Source: an uncultured virus (IMG/VR IMGVR_UViG_3300023110_000008)
Taxonomy: Duplodnaviria; Heunggongvirae; Uroviricota; Caudoviricetes
Direction: 5' to 3' (one strand)
DNA length: 20,000 nt
IMG/VR virus record: IMGVR_UViG_3300023110_000008
Shown: positions 7,473-15,581 of the stretch, piece after piece
Numbering within the stretch: position 1 is the first letter of the stretch
How the letters are laid out: every line of letters begins with the position of its first letter
Made by a program: the position numbers and the translations under genes
Notes under the pieces: generated by a model
The model's input: the letters and a program-made list of their open reading frames with translations, nothing else
Databases searched by the model: none
Told to the model about the DNA's origin: nothing

Positions 7473-9806
7473 ATGACTGAGATAAGACAACAAAAAGACA
7501 CGCTTGCAAAACTAATGGCAACAGAGAATATTACTGTTGTTCACAAAGCAATTCCAACTGCATACTTTGATGTTAAGAACAGGGTTCTTGCCTGTCCTAC
7601 ATTCAAAGATGATATTTCATCCGAACTTTATGATCTGTTTATGGGTCACGAAGTAGGTCATGCTTTGTATACTCCTTATGAGGGTCTACACTCTACTATC
7701 AAAAACAATAGAACATTGAAAGGTTATCTCAATGTGATAGAAGACGTTAGAATTGAGAGAAAGATCAGAGACAAATTTGCAGGTCTAAGAAAGTCTTTCT
7801 TCAAAGCATATGATGAACTAATGCAAAAAGATTTCTTTGGTATCAAAAATAGAGACCTTCAATCTCTATCTTTGATTGATAAAATTAACTTAATTACAAA
7901 AGTAGGTTCAAGAGTTAACATCAAACTTAATGATGTAGAACAAGCATTCTTAGATGCCTCTTACAAGTGTGAGACATGGGAAGATGTTGTTCAAGTTGCA
8001 AATGCAATCTATGAATGGTCAAAAGAAAACGAGTCAAGAAATGAAGATGATAGTCAACTTGTTAAGACACTCCTAGGTGACGACTTCGATATCGACCTTG
8101 ATGAAGAAGATGAAGAACCAACTTTTGGTGATCAATGGGAGGACACAGACGATGAATACGAAGACAATGAAGACGAAGATACTTTTGGAGAAGACGGAGA
8201 AGATGAAGAACAAGCGTCTAAAGGCGATGATTCTTCTGAACAAAACACCGAAGAAGAATCAGAAGAAGAAAGAGACTTAAGTAAAGATACTTCTGGTAAA
8301 ATGGGTGGTGAGTTCGATTCAGAAGATGGTGCTAGAGAGTCAATCACAGAACACAATGCTCACAGTAACGAGAACGATTTTATTGATGAAAATGCAAGTA
8401 TCAAAACTTATTGTAACCTCGACACATTCTTCGCAAAAGACGGTGTTGTCGACAAGATAATCGTAGGTTACAAAGATGTTTTCAAAGACTTTGATGCTCA
8501 CAATGGACCTAAACCTGCTGAAGAATATAGAAGTGAATGGCACAATAAAGAATATCCTAGATGGATTGAAATGTCAGAGAAGGTTACAAAATACTTAAGC
8601 GACAAAAGTAAAAAAGTTGTCATGCATATGGCAAAAGAATTTGATATGAGACAAACAGCTAAACTTGCAGTGAGAGCTAGAGTTGCTAAGTCTGGTAAAC
8701 TTGACATGAACAAACTTGCTAAGTATCAGATTATTGATGATGTGTTCAAACAAATGACATATCTTCCTAAAGGTAAGAATCACGGTGTGCAAGTCTTACT
8801 TGACTGGTCTGGTTCGATTGCTAACGAAGCAAAAGATATCTTAGAACAAGCAATTATTCTTGCTGAGTTCTGTAGAAAAGTTCAACTACCTTACAGAGTT
8901 TATTTGTTCTCAGATTGTTATTCACCAGACAGTTCTTGGTATGACCATGACGGAAGATTAATTGAGATTCTTTCAAATGAAATGACAGGTAGAGAACATA
9001 AAAAAGCTTTGAATGCTATATCTCAACTTTACATTGGGTCATGGGCAAGAAACATTAACTACTGGCAAACTAATGAGAAGACAGAAGCATTCTTTGAAGC
9101 AACTGGTTATGACCTTACACAAGACTCAGGATCATTAACTTGGAATATTGTTCCTAACAAATACAATTTCAGTGGTACTCCACTTGATCACAGTATCATT
9201 GCTATGAGAAAGTTAGTACCTGCATTTAACAAAAGATATGGTATTGAAAAATCAATCTTAACAGTTGTTACTGACGGTTTTTCCCACGAATCTCAAATGT
9301 TAAAGAAAACAGATGAAGAGTATGCTGATCAGAGATCACAAGAAACAGAAGATTCATGGAGAGGCACGTCTCACAGATATCTAAAAGATCCGTACACAAA
9401 GGCGTCTTATCTGTTCGATGGTAATTACATTGATGCATGGAATAGAACTTGCAATTTATTAGAATGGATATCAGATACAACTGGTGTCACTATCACAGGT
9501 TACTTTATCTTCAGTAAAAAGAGAGACTTCTCAAACCTAGTTTACTATCTCAAAGAGATTTCATGGTCAGAAGAAGCTTCTTCTTGGAGACAAATGAAAA
9601 AAACAGGTTTAGTAGTTAACTCAAAAGGCTACAACAAACTATTCTTAACTACATCAAACAACCTACTTGCTTCAGGTGATGATGAGTTAGACACAGACTT
9701 AGTGGGTGCTAAGAAGTCTAAAGTACTTTCTGCTTTCAAAAGAAATCAGAAATCTAAAACTACTTCTAGATTTTTAACAAACGAGTTCATAAAGGAGATC
9801 GCATAA
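7473..9806 (+). CDS. CobT-like protein: N-terminal HExxH domain, acidic linker, C-terminal VWA domain
   Basis: HEVGH plus EDVRIER; D/E-rich linker; MIDAS DWSGS, GTPL and VTDG; adjacent to a MoxR/CobS AAA+ gene. Confidence 0.85.
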   Translation: MTEIRQQKDTLAKLMATENITVVHKAIPTAYFDVKNRVLACPTFKDDISSELYDLFMGHEVGHALYTPYEGLHSTIKNNRTLKGYLNVIEDVRIERKIRDKFAGLRKSFFKAYDELMQKDFFGIKNRDLQSLSLIDKINLITKVGSRVNIKLNDVEQAFLDASYKCETWEDVVQVANAIYEWSKENESRNEDDSQLVKTLLGDDFDIDLDEEDEEPTFGDQWEDTDDEYEDNEDEDTFGEDGEDEEQASKGDDSSEQNTEEESEEERDLSKDTSGKMGGEFDSEDGARESITEHNAHSNENDFIDENASIKTYCNLDTFFAKDGVVDKIIVGYKDVFKDFDAHNGPKPAEEYRSEWHNKEYPRWIEMSEKVTKYLSDKSKKVVMHMAKEFDMRQTAKLAVRARVAKSGKLDMNKLAKYQIIDDVFKQMTYLPKGKNHGVQVLLDWSGSIANEAKDILEQAIILAEFCRKVQLPYRVYLFSDCYSPDSSWYDHDGRLIEILSNEMTGREHKKALNAISQLYIGSWARNINYWQTNEKTEAFFEATGYDLTQDSGSLTWNIVPNKYNFSGTPLDHSIIAMRKLVPAFNKRYGIEKSILTVVTDGFSHESQMLKKTDEEYADQRSQETEDSWRGTSHRYLKDPYTKASYLFDGNYIDAWNRTCNLLEWISDTTGVTITGYFIFSKKRDFSNLVYYLKEISWSEEASSWRQMKKTGLVVNSKGYNKLFLTTSNNLLASGDDELDTDLVGAKKSKVLSAFKRNQKSKTTSRFLTNEFIKEIA

Positions 9807-10075
9807 TGAGAAATTTAGCAATTGATATAACCGAGTATGAAAGTCCTAGAGATCCAGGATTTAATACAAATAAACTTGCAGAAGCGATGATTCAGGTGGG
9901 TAAAGGCCCATGTGTAAAGTTTGACTGTAAGAGGCAAGAAGAATGTGCCTTAGAAAAAGTAGAATGTAAGGCATTCAGATATTGGGTCAACAACGATTCT
10001 TATTTCACTATGAGAAAAAAGAAGAAGACATCTATTGATGTTGATCTAGGCAGACTATTGAAACCAATCGAATAA
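9806..10075 (+). CDS. Hypothetical protein with four clustered Cys (possible metal binding)
   Basis: SD AAGGAG, TAATG overlap; CVKFDC...EEC...VEC. Confidence 0.7.
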   Translation: MRNLAIDITEYESPRDPGFNTNKLAEAMIQVGKGPCVKFDCKRQEECALEKVECKAFRYWVNNDSYFTMRKKKKTSIDVDLGRLLKPIE

Positions 10076-10080
10076 CATGG

Positions 10081-10110
10081 TTGACAATGGGTGCTGTTTT
10101 TTAGTAGGAT
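10081..10110 (+). promoter_or_regulatory. Phage early sigma70-type promoter TTGACA-N18-TAGGAT
   Basis: Third TTGACAATG copy, same -10 and spacer as 7437. Confidence 0.75.
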
Positions 10111-10151
10111 GGAATCATGATGAGATTAACTGATATTTTTAAGGAGACTAT

Positions 10152-11366
10152 ATGAGAAGTGAAGTTATCAATCTAGGTGATAAGAATTTTAGGTTATCAC
10201 CAGATAAAGTAGAGTTTATAAACACTCTAAAAACTAATTTTCCAGATCAGTCTGTTTTCTCGAAAGAGGATTTAGACACTCTGGATTATGTACCCTATTG
10301 GGTAAAATCTAAAAAGTATCCATTTACGAATGATACTAAAACTACTTTTGATCTAACACCTTTGATCAATAGTAATGTTGTTCCTATGACAACAAGGGCG
10401 ATTCCTGCTAAAGTTCAAAGCAACATGCCTGTTGCTGCTCAGACAGAATCGATTAACATCTTAGAAGACAATGTCAAAATTGTTCCTGAGAAAATGACTA
10501 ATTATGTTCCTTTCGGACATTTCAAAGATGTCAAGAACATAATCAAGTCGAAGATTTTCTTCCCTGTTTTTGTCACAGGTCTTTCTGGTAACGGTAAGAC
10601 TTTGATGATCGAACAGGTTTGTGCTCAACTGAAGAGAGAACTCTACAGAGTCAATATCACTATTGAGACCGATGAAGATGATCTAATGGGTGGTCACACT
10701 CTAGTCAATGGTAACATTGAGTTCAGAGAAGGCCCTGTTATCAAGGCAATGAGAAAAGGCGCTGTTCTTCTCTTAGACGAAGTCGATCTTGGTTCTAACA
10801 AACTTATGTGTTTACAATCAGTTCTTGAAGGTAAAGGTTACTTGATCAAGAAAACTGGTGAGTGGGTGACACCTAAAGAGGGTTTCACTATTCTTGCGAC
10901 TGCAAACACTAAAGGTCAAGGTTCAGAAGATGGCAAGTTCATCGGAACTCAGATCATGAACGAAGCGATGCTTGAAAGGTTTGCGATCACTATGCAACAA
11001 GAATATCCTCCAGTGACAACTGAGAGAAAAATTCTTGAGAAAGAAATGGCATTGACTGGTGAAGTCGACACTGAGTTCACAACCAAGTTAGTAGATTGGG
11101 CTGACATAATCAGAAAGACATACTACGAGGGTGCAATCGATGATGTTATCACAACAAGAAGACTTGTTCACATCGTCAACGCTTTCAGAATGTTTGACGA
11201 CAAACTCAAGTCAATCGAAATGTGTATCTCAAGGTTCGATGAAGAGACAAGAGCTGCTGTTCTTGACCTCTACACTAAAGTCGATGAGGGTGTTTCACTT
11301 AATGATGAAAATCCTCTAGACGAATCAGAGACTTCAGAGTATAATGATACCGATGAGTATGTTTAA
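10152..11366 (+). CDS. cobS: CobS-like / MoxR-family AAA+ ATPase
   Basis: Walker A GLSGNGKT, Walker B LLLDE, ATAN sensor, NEAMLERF arginine finger, TRRL; SD AAGGAG. Confidence 0.9.
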   Translation: MRSEVINLGDKNFRLSPDKVEFINTLKTNFPDQSVFSKEDLDTLDYVPYWVKSKKYPFTNDTKTTFDLTPLINSNVVPMTTRAIPAKVQSNMPVAAQTESINILEDNVKIVPEKMTNYVPFGHFKDVKNIIKSKIFFPVFVTGLSGNGKTLMIEQVCAQLKRELYRVNITIETDEDDLMGGHTLVNGNIEFREGPVIKAMRKGAVLLLDEVDLGSNKLMCLQSVLEGKGYLIKKTGEWVTPKEGFTILATANTKGQGSEDGKFIGTQIMNEAMLERFAITMQQEYPPVTTERKILEKEMALTGEVDTEFTTKLVDWADIIRKTYYEGAIDDVITTRRLVHIVNAFRMFDDKLKSIEMCISRFDEETRAAVLDLYTKVDEGVSLNDENPLDESETSEYNDTDEYV

Positions 11367-11652
11367 GAGAAAGATTGACTACAAGTATAACGAGGACAAA
11401 CTCCTGAAGGAGTTGTCCTCTTATATTGATAAGACGTATGATCAACATTACTCACTGAACAAATACCAATCCACTGAATTTATTATTGACAGTGGACATG
11501 GTGAAGGTTTCTGTATCGGAAACATAATGAAATATGCACAAAGATACGGAAAGAAAAATGGGAAGAATAGGGCAGACTTACTTAAAGTAATTCATTATGC
11601 CATGTTCATGTTACACGTTCACGACAAGGAGGCTAACAGTGAAAATAAGTAA
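11353..11652 (+). CDS. DUF3310-like protein
   Basis: HYS...GFCIGNIMKYAQRYGKKNG...DLLKVIHY pattern; TATAAT at 11340-11345 favours start at 11353. Confidence 0.75.
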   Translation: MSMFKRKIDYKYNEDKLLKELSSYIDKTYDQHYSLNKYQSTEFIIDSGHGEGFCIGNIMKYAQRYGKKNGKNRADLLKVIHYAMFMLHVHDKEANSENK

Positions 11653-12304
11653 TGAAACTAGAAGTATATTAAAAAACTTCGCAACTATAAATTCGGGAAT
11701 CAAAGTCGATTCAGGTAATCAACTTAAGACAATCTCGAATATGAAAAATATCTTGGCAGTGGCAACGGTGCCTGAAACATTCAGCCAAGAGTTTAGTATC
11801 TACAATCTTGCAGAGTTCTTAGGTGCAACTTCGTTATTGGATAATCCTGAATTCAATTTCAATGAAAGTTCAGCATCTATCTCAGACAATGATTCTGCTA
11901 TGACTTACTTCTATGCAAGTGAGGGTATGGTGACTTCACCTGAAAAGATGATCACAATGCCAGATGCAGAGGTCAAGATTGATTTATCATCAACACTACT
12001 AGATGAACTACAGAAAGCTGCAAGTGTTCTAGGTGTAAATGATTTAATTCTTAAATCAGATGGTACCAAGATTGAGTTTGTAGTTACTGATAAGAAGAAT
12101 GCAACATCTAATACATTCAGTAGAATTGTAGGTGAAGGCAATGGTGTTTCATTCTCTATGAACTTCAAAATTGAAAATTTAAAAATCTTACAAGGTAATT
12201 ATGAAGTGTTTGTATCTTCTAAAGGTATATCAAACTTCAAAAACAAAGATGTGGACTTAGAGTACTTTATTGCACTAGAACCTGATTCAAAATATAATGT
12301 TTAG
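11639..12304 (+). CDS. gp45: Sliding clamp gp45 (GTG start at 11639)
   Basis: MKISNETRSILKNFATINSGI, FSIYNLAEFL, YFIALEPDS; SD AAGGAGG upstream of GTG. Confidence 0.95.
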   Translation: MKISNETRSILKNFATINSGIKVDSGNQLKTISNMKNILAVATVPETFSQEFSIYNLAEFLGATSLLDNPEFNFNESSASISDNDSAMTYFYASEGMVTSPEKMITMPDAEVKIDLSSTLLDELQKAASVLGVNDLILKSDGTKIEFVVTDKKNATSNTFSRIVGEGNGVSFSMNFKIENLKILQGNYEVFVSSKGISNFKNKDVDLEYFIALEPDSKYNV

Positions 12305-12321
12305 CATATATATTAATAAGT

Positions 12322-12423
12322 GTGATAGAAGTGCCAGTCTCCGCTTCAATCATGGGAGTAGAGTGATCTCATCATCAATCTTGGGTATTCTACACGACCA
12401 TTCGGAGGGGTTTGGTCTCCATG
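12322..12423 (+). ncRNA. Candidate structured cis-regulatory RNA (three hairpins) in gp44 leader
   Basis: Stems 12322-12353, 12358-12393, 12396-12417 found by eye in a ~115-nt gap in an otherwise tightly packed operon. Confidence 0.55.
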
Positions 12424-13362
12424 AGTAAGGAATTTCTTTACGTTGAAAAGTATCGTCCTCAAACAATTGAGGACACGATACTTCCTGCATCTATCAAAAA
12501 ATCATTCTTTGAGTTCGTAAAGAATGGTGAAATACCAAATCTATTACTAAGTGGTTCTGCTGGGGTTGGTAAGACTACAGTTGCAAAAGCATTATGTAAT
12601 GAATTGGGTGCAGACTTTATTGTCATTAACGGCTCAGACGAGGGCCGTTTGATTGACACCCTACGAACAAAGATCAAAAACTTTGCATCTACAGTATCAC
12701 TTGCAGGTGGTCCTAAAGTTGTTATCTTAGATGAGGCAGATTACATATCTGCTGACTCAGTTCAACCTGCATTGAGAAACTTTATTGAAGAGTTCTCTTC
12801 TAACTGTAGATTCATATTCACGTGTAACTATAAGAACAGGATTATTCCTGCTCTTCATTCTCGTTGTACTGTTATAGATTTCAGTATCACACCAGAAGAG
12901 AAACAAAGACTAGCAAGTGTATTTCTCTCACGTCTCATGGAGATTTGTGATAGTGAAGGCATCAAATATGATACACAAGTACTAGTAGAACTTATTCTCA
13001 AATTCTTTCCTGACTTTAGAAGATGTCTAAATGAAGTGCAAAGATATGGTGCAAGTGGTGAGATTGACTCAGGCCTTCTTGCAACTTTATCAGAAGAGAA
13101 ACTAACACCATTACTTGACATGTTAAAGGACAAAGATTGGGCTGGTATGAGAAAGTGGGTCGGTCAGAATTCTGATCAGGACTTCAACACTCTATATAGG
13201 AAGTTGTTCAATGCTTTAGAAAAGAAATTACAACCATCTAGTATACCTGCTTCAGTTTTATTAATAGCAGACTATCAACATAAGTCTGCCTTTGCAATGG
13301 ATTCAGAAATCAATTTCGTTGCATGTTTAACAGAAATTATGTCGGAGTGTAAATTCAAATGA
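12421..13362 (+). CDS. gp44: Clamp loader large subunit gp44 (RFC-like AAA+)
   Basis: VEKYRP, GSAGVGKT, ILDEAD, SRC motif, FPDFRR; ATG 12421 preferred. Confidence 0.95.
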   Translation: MSKEFLYVEKYRPQTIEDTILPASIKKSFFEFVKNGEIPNLLLSGSAGVGKTTVAKALCNELGADFIVINGSDEGRLIDTLRTKIKNFASTVSLAGGPKVVILDEADYISADSVQPALRNFIEEFSSNCRFIFTCNYKNRIIPALHSRCTVIDFSITPEEKQRLASVFLSRLMEICDSEGIKYDTQVLVELILKFFPDFRRCLNEVQRYGASGEIDSGLLATLSEEKLTPLLDMLKDKDWAGMRKWVGQNSDQDFNTLYRKLFNALEKKLQPSSIPASVLLIADYQHKSAFAMDSEINFVACLTEIMSECKFK

Positions 13363-13535
13363 GTATATCAGAAGAAATGAAATACCAGCTACAAATCATT
13401 GTTGATGCTGGTGAAATAGTTAAAGCATTAATAGAAGAGGGTCATGAAGATATCGCAATCTTTGACGAACCTCTTACCGATATCCTAGGTGCAACTAACG
13501 AAGTCTTACAAGAGATAGACGGAGGTTGGTCATAA
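13359..13535 (+). CDS. Hypothetical acidic protein, 58 aa (MSISEEMKYQLQIIVDAGE...); below ORF-track cutoff
   Basis: ATGA overlap with gp44 stop, GGAG upstream, fills gap exactly. Confidence 0.7.
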   Translation: MSISEEMKYQLQIIVDAGEIVKALIEEGHEDIAIFDEPLTDILGATNEVLQEIDGGWS

Positions 13536-13660
13536 TGGGTAAACTTAGACAATGGTTTAGAAGGTGGTTTGACAGACAGATTGAAAAGTCTTTTCAAAGA
13601 ACAGCAAATCGACAGTTTGACAAGTCAAGGGTTAAATATAATGATGGAGACAATACATGA
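13535..13660 (+). CDS. Hypothetical basic peptide, 41 aa (MGKLRQWFRRWFDRQIEKSFQRTANRQFDKSRVKYNDGDNT)
   Basis: SD GGAGG, TAATG overlap upstream and ATGA overlap downstream. Confidence 0.7.
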   Translation: MGKLRQWFRRWFDRQIEKSFQRTANRQFDKSRVKYNDGDNT

Positions 13661-13956
13661 CGGAGTTTAAAAATAAAGTAGAGAGACAAAGAGTTCTCTT
13701 AGAAGCAGAAGAATGGGCAAAAGGTGTTTCAGGCATTCATGCTCATAGTTTGAGTAGTATGTGGTACGACACTAGACCACAAGATACTCAAGATGGTAAA
13801 GGTGTCGTTGATAGAAGTTTCAATAGTGGACTTATTGAAAGAACACTTGATGATGGTTCTATCGTATACTTTGGTAAAGAACTTAAAGGCGATGAACTGA
13901 TTAATGAATATCAAAGAAAAGTATTGCCTTCTGTCACACAACAAGCACTTGCTTAA
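13657..13956 (+). CDS. Hypothetical protein, 99 aa
   Basis: SD GGAG; coupled to gp62 by TAATG. Confidence 0.75.
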   Translation: MTEFKNKVERQRVLLEAEEWAKGVSGIHAHSLSSMWYDTRPQDTQDGKGVVDRSFNSGLIERTLDDGSIVYFGKELKGDELINEYQRKVLPSVTQQALA

Positions 13957-14348
13957 TGTCCAAAAGAAATCCATTCGACTATGTTAAAAATGTCAGTTTT
14001 GACAAAGTCGATATCATGGTTGATGAGGTAGAAGAGAAGTCTTATCAACCATTCCTAGTAAATCGAGCATTATCTTATCACCAAGATTCGCTCTTTTTCG
14101 TCAACGAAATGAATGTCCGGCACAGTCTGGACAGTCGTCTTCAATACTCTTTTTTAATAAATACTCTTAGAAAAAGAAAAAGGTTCAGCAAGTGGCAGAA
14201 GCCATATGAATCTAAAAAAATAGACACTGTAAGAGAATCTTATGGTGTATCAACTAAAATAGCGAAAGAGTATTTAGAGTTATTAGACGATAAACAATAC
14301 CGTGACTTGAAAGAGAGTATGAAAACTGGTGGTAAGAATAATGGATGA
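13956..14348 (+). CDS. gp62: Clamp loader small subunit gp62
   Basis: YQPFLVNRALSY, NEMN, QYSFLINTLRKRKRFSKW; position before regA. Confidence 0.92.
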   Translation: MSKRNPFDYVKNVSFDKVDIMVDEVEEKSYQPFLVNRALSYHQDSLFFVNEMNVRHSLDSRLQYSFLINTLRKRKRFSKWQKPYESKKIDTVRESYGVSTKIAKEYLELLDDKQYRDLKESMKTGGKNNG

Positions 14349-14748
14349 ACACGATATAGTAAAAGACTTAATCGAAATAACATTCCCCGAAAAAGACGAT
14401 TTTTTAAAGATAAGAGAAACCTTATCACGTATAGGCGTAGCTTCGAGGAAAGACAAAGAGTTATTTCAATCATGTCACATTCTTCATAAAAAAGGCAAGT
14501 ATTATATCGTACACTTTAAAGAACTATTTTTACTAGACGGTAAACAAACCAATATTGATGAGTCAGACATTGGTAGAAGAAACACAATCATTGATCTTTT
14601 ACAACAATGGAACTTATTGAAGGTTAATGATCCATCTAAAATATCAGAACCTAAGTCGCCTTTATCTCAAATAAAGGTAGTATCATATAAAGAAAAATCA
14701 GATTGGAAACTTACAACTAAGTATTCAATTGGTAATATAAACAACTAA
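14341..14748 (+). CDS. regA: Translational repressor RegA
   Basis: DDFLKIRETLSRIGVAS, LFQSCHILHKKGKYYIVHFKELF; ATG 14341 preferred. Confidence 0.96.
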   Translation: MDEHDIVKDLIEITFPEKDDFLKIRETLSRIGVASRKDKELFQSCHILHKKGKYYIVHFKELFLLDGKQTNIDESDIGRRNTIIDLLQQWNLLKVNDPSKISEPKSPLSQIKVVSYKEKSDWKLTTKYSIGNINN

Positions 14749-14773
14749 ATACCATAAAAAATAGGAGGTCAAT

Positions 14774-14980
14774 ATGTTTTCAGGCATAATTGATTTTATA
14801 ATGGGAATCTGGAATCTACTTATGATAGTTCCAGTTGTTATCTCAATTTGTAGTGTTATTGTCGCTATGACACCAACACCAGCAGATGACAAATTATGGG
14901 CAAAAGTCTACAAATGGTTAGAAGTACTTGCCCTAGCAATTGGTAAAGCAAAAGATAAAAACCCCTTGTTAGATAAGTAA
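14774..14980 (+). CDS. Small membrane protein, possibly holin-like
   Basis: SD AGGAGG; hydrophobic helix, TPTPADD turn, amphipathic helix and basic tail; ACTAAATA upstream. Confidence 0.65.
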   Translation: MFSGIIDFIMGIWNLLMIVPVVISICSVIVAMTPTPADDKLWAKVYKWLEVLALAIGKAKDKNPLLDK

Positions 14981-15023
14981 CGATCTGATAGGATGGTAAC
15001 TAAAACCTAATTAGGAGTACATT

Positions 15024-15305
15024 ATGGAATATTTTTTGATTGCAGTTGCAGTATTTGTGATCGGTTACTTCATAGTAAACAGAGGTAAAAGTAATACTTC
15101 TACCACTGTCACACCATCTCCAGTTCCTTCTACAAGACCAGGTGTCTCTGTAGATAGAAATGCTGACGGTGCTGTTTCTAAATTCGAGCTAAAGAAGTTA
15201 ACGAAAGTTCAACTACTTGATATGGCAGAGAAGAAGAATCTCAAAGTTAAGAGATCAGGAACAAAAGCTGAAGTAATCAATGAGATCCATTCTCAACTAA
15301 AGTAA
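15024..15305 (+). CDS. Membrane-anchored protein with C-terminal Rho-N/SAP-like helix-extended-helix domain
   Basis: SD AGGAG; N-terminal TM; T/P/S-rich linker; ELKKLTKVQLLDMAEKKNLKVKRSGTKAEVINEI. Confidence 0.7.
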   Translation: MEYFLIAVAVFVIGYFIVNRGKSNTSTTVTPSPVPSTRPGVSVDRNADGAVSKFELKKLTKVQLLDMAEKKNLKVKRSGTKAEVINEIHSQLK

Positions 15306-15323
15306 TTTTTAGTTAAAAATAAC

Positions 15324-15351
15324 AAAGGGGACATAACGTCCCCTTTTTTTT
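15324..15351 (+). terminator. Intrinsic terminator, probably bidirectional
   Basis: AAAGGGGAC-ATAAC-GTCCCCTTT stem followed by T-run; lies between convergent ORFs. Confidence 0.85.
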
Positions 15352-15354
15352 ATC

Positions 15355-15507
15355 TTAAGGATAAAAAGGGTTATCTGTAATATACTTTGGTAATTCTACA
15401 GATTCCTTCTTTTCAATTTTATAATTCTTAGCCCTAGAGCTTAGATGTTTTTCCCTAAGAGATTTTTTGACTGCTCTTTGAAAGAGCATTGCTTGATATT
15501 TAGTCAT
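15355..15507 (-). CDS. Riboswitch-associated basic 50-aa peptide (MTKYQAMLFQRAVKKSLREKHLSSRAKNYKIEKKESVELPKYITDNPFYP); below ORF-track cutoff
   Basis: GGAG SD 6 nt before ATG; starts 19 nt after second aptamer; stop lies immediately before terminator. Confidence 0.75.
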   Translation of the reverse strand: MTKYQAMLFQRAVKKSLREKHLSSRAKNYKIEKKESVELPKYITDNPFYP

Positions 15508-15526
15508 GTCAATCTCCGAAAAGATT

Positions 15527-15574
15527 GCGTTCCTTCAGCACCATTGCCTACTTCCGTCTAAAAATAGATGAACG
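15527..15574 (-). ncRNA. Glutamine riboswitch aptamer (glnA motif), copy 2
   Basis: CGUUCA-UCUA(UUUU)UAGA-CGGAAGUA-GGCA(AUGG)UGCU-GAAG-GAACGC: P1 CGUUC/GAACG, P2, P3, E-loop AGUA/GAA. Confidence 0.88.
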
Positions 15575-15581
15575 TAACAAT

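Noticed and set aside
8080..8340. GAA/GAT-rich low-complexity stretch as a DNA repeat
   Set aside because: Explained by the Asp/Glu-rich linker of the CobT-like protein
10152..11366. cobS as a cobalamin-biosynthesis auxiliary metabolic gene
   Set aside because: No cobN or other cob genes in the window; a general MoxR/VWA role is more parsimonious
11597..11638. Upstream ATG start for gp45
   Set aside because: Strong SD precedes GTG 11639, and the typical gp45 N-terminus begins there
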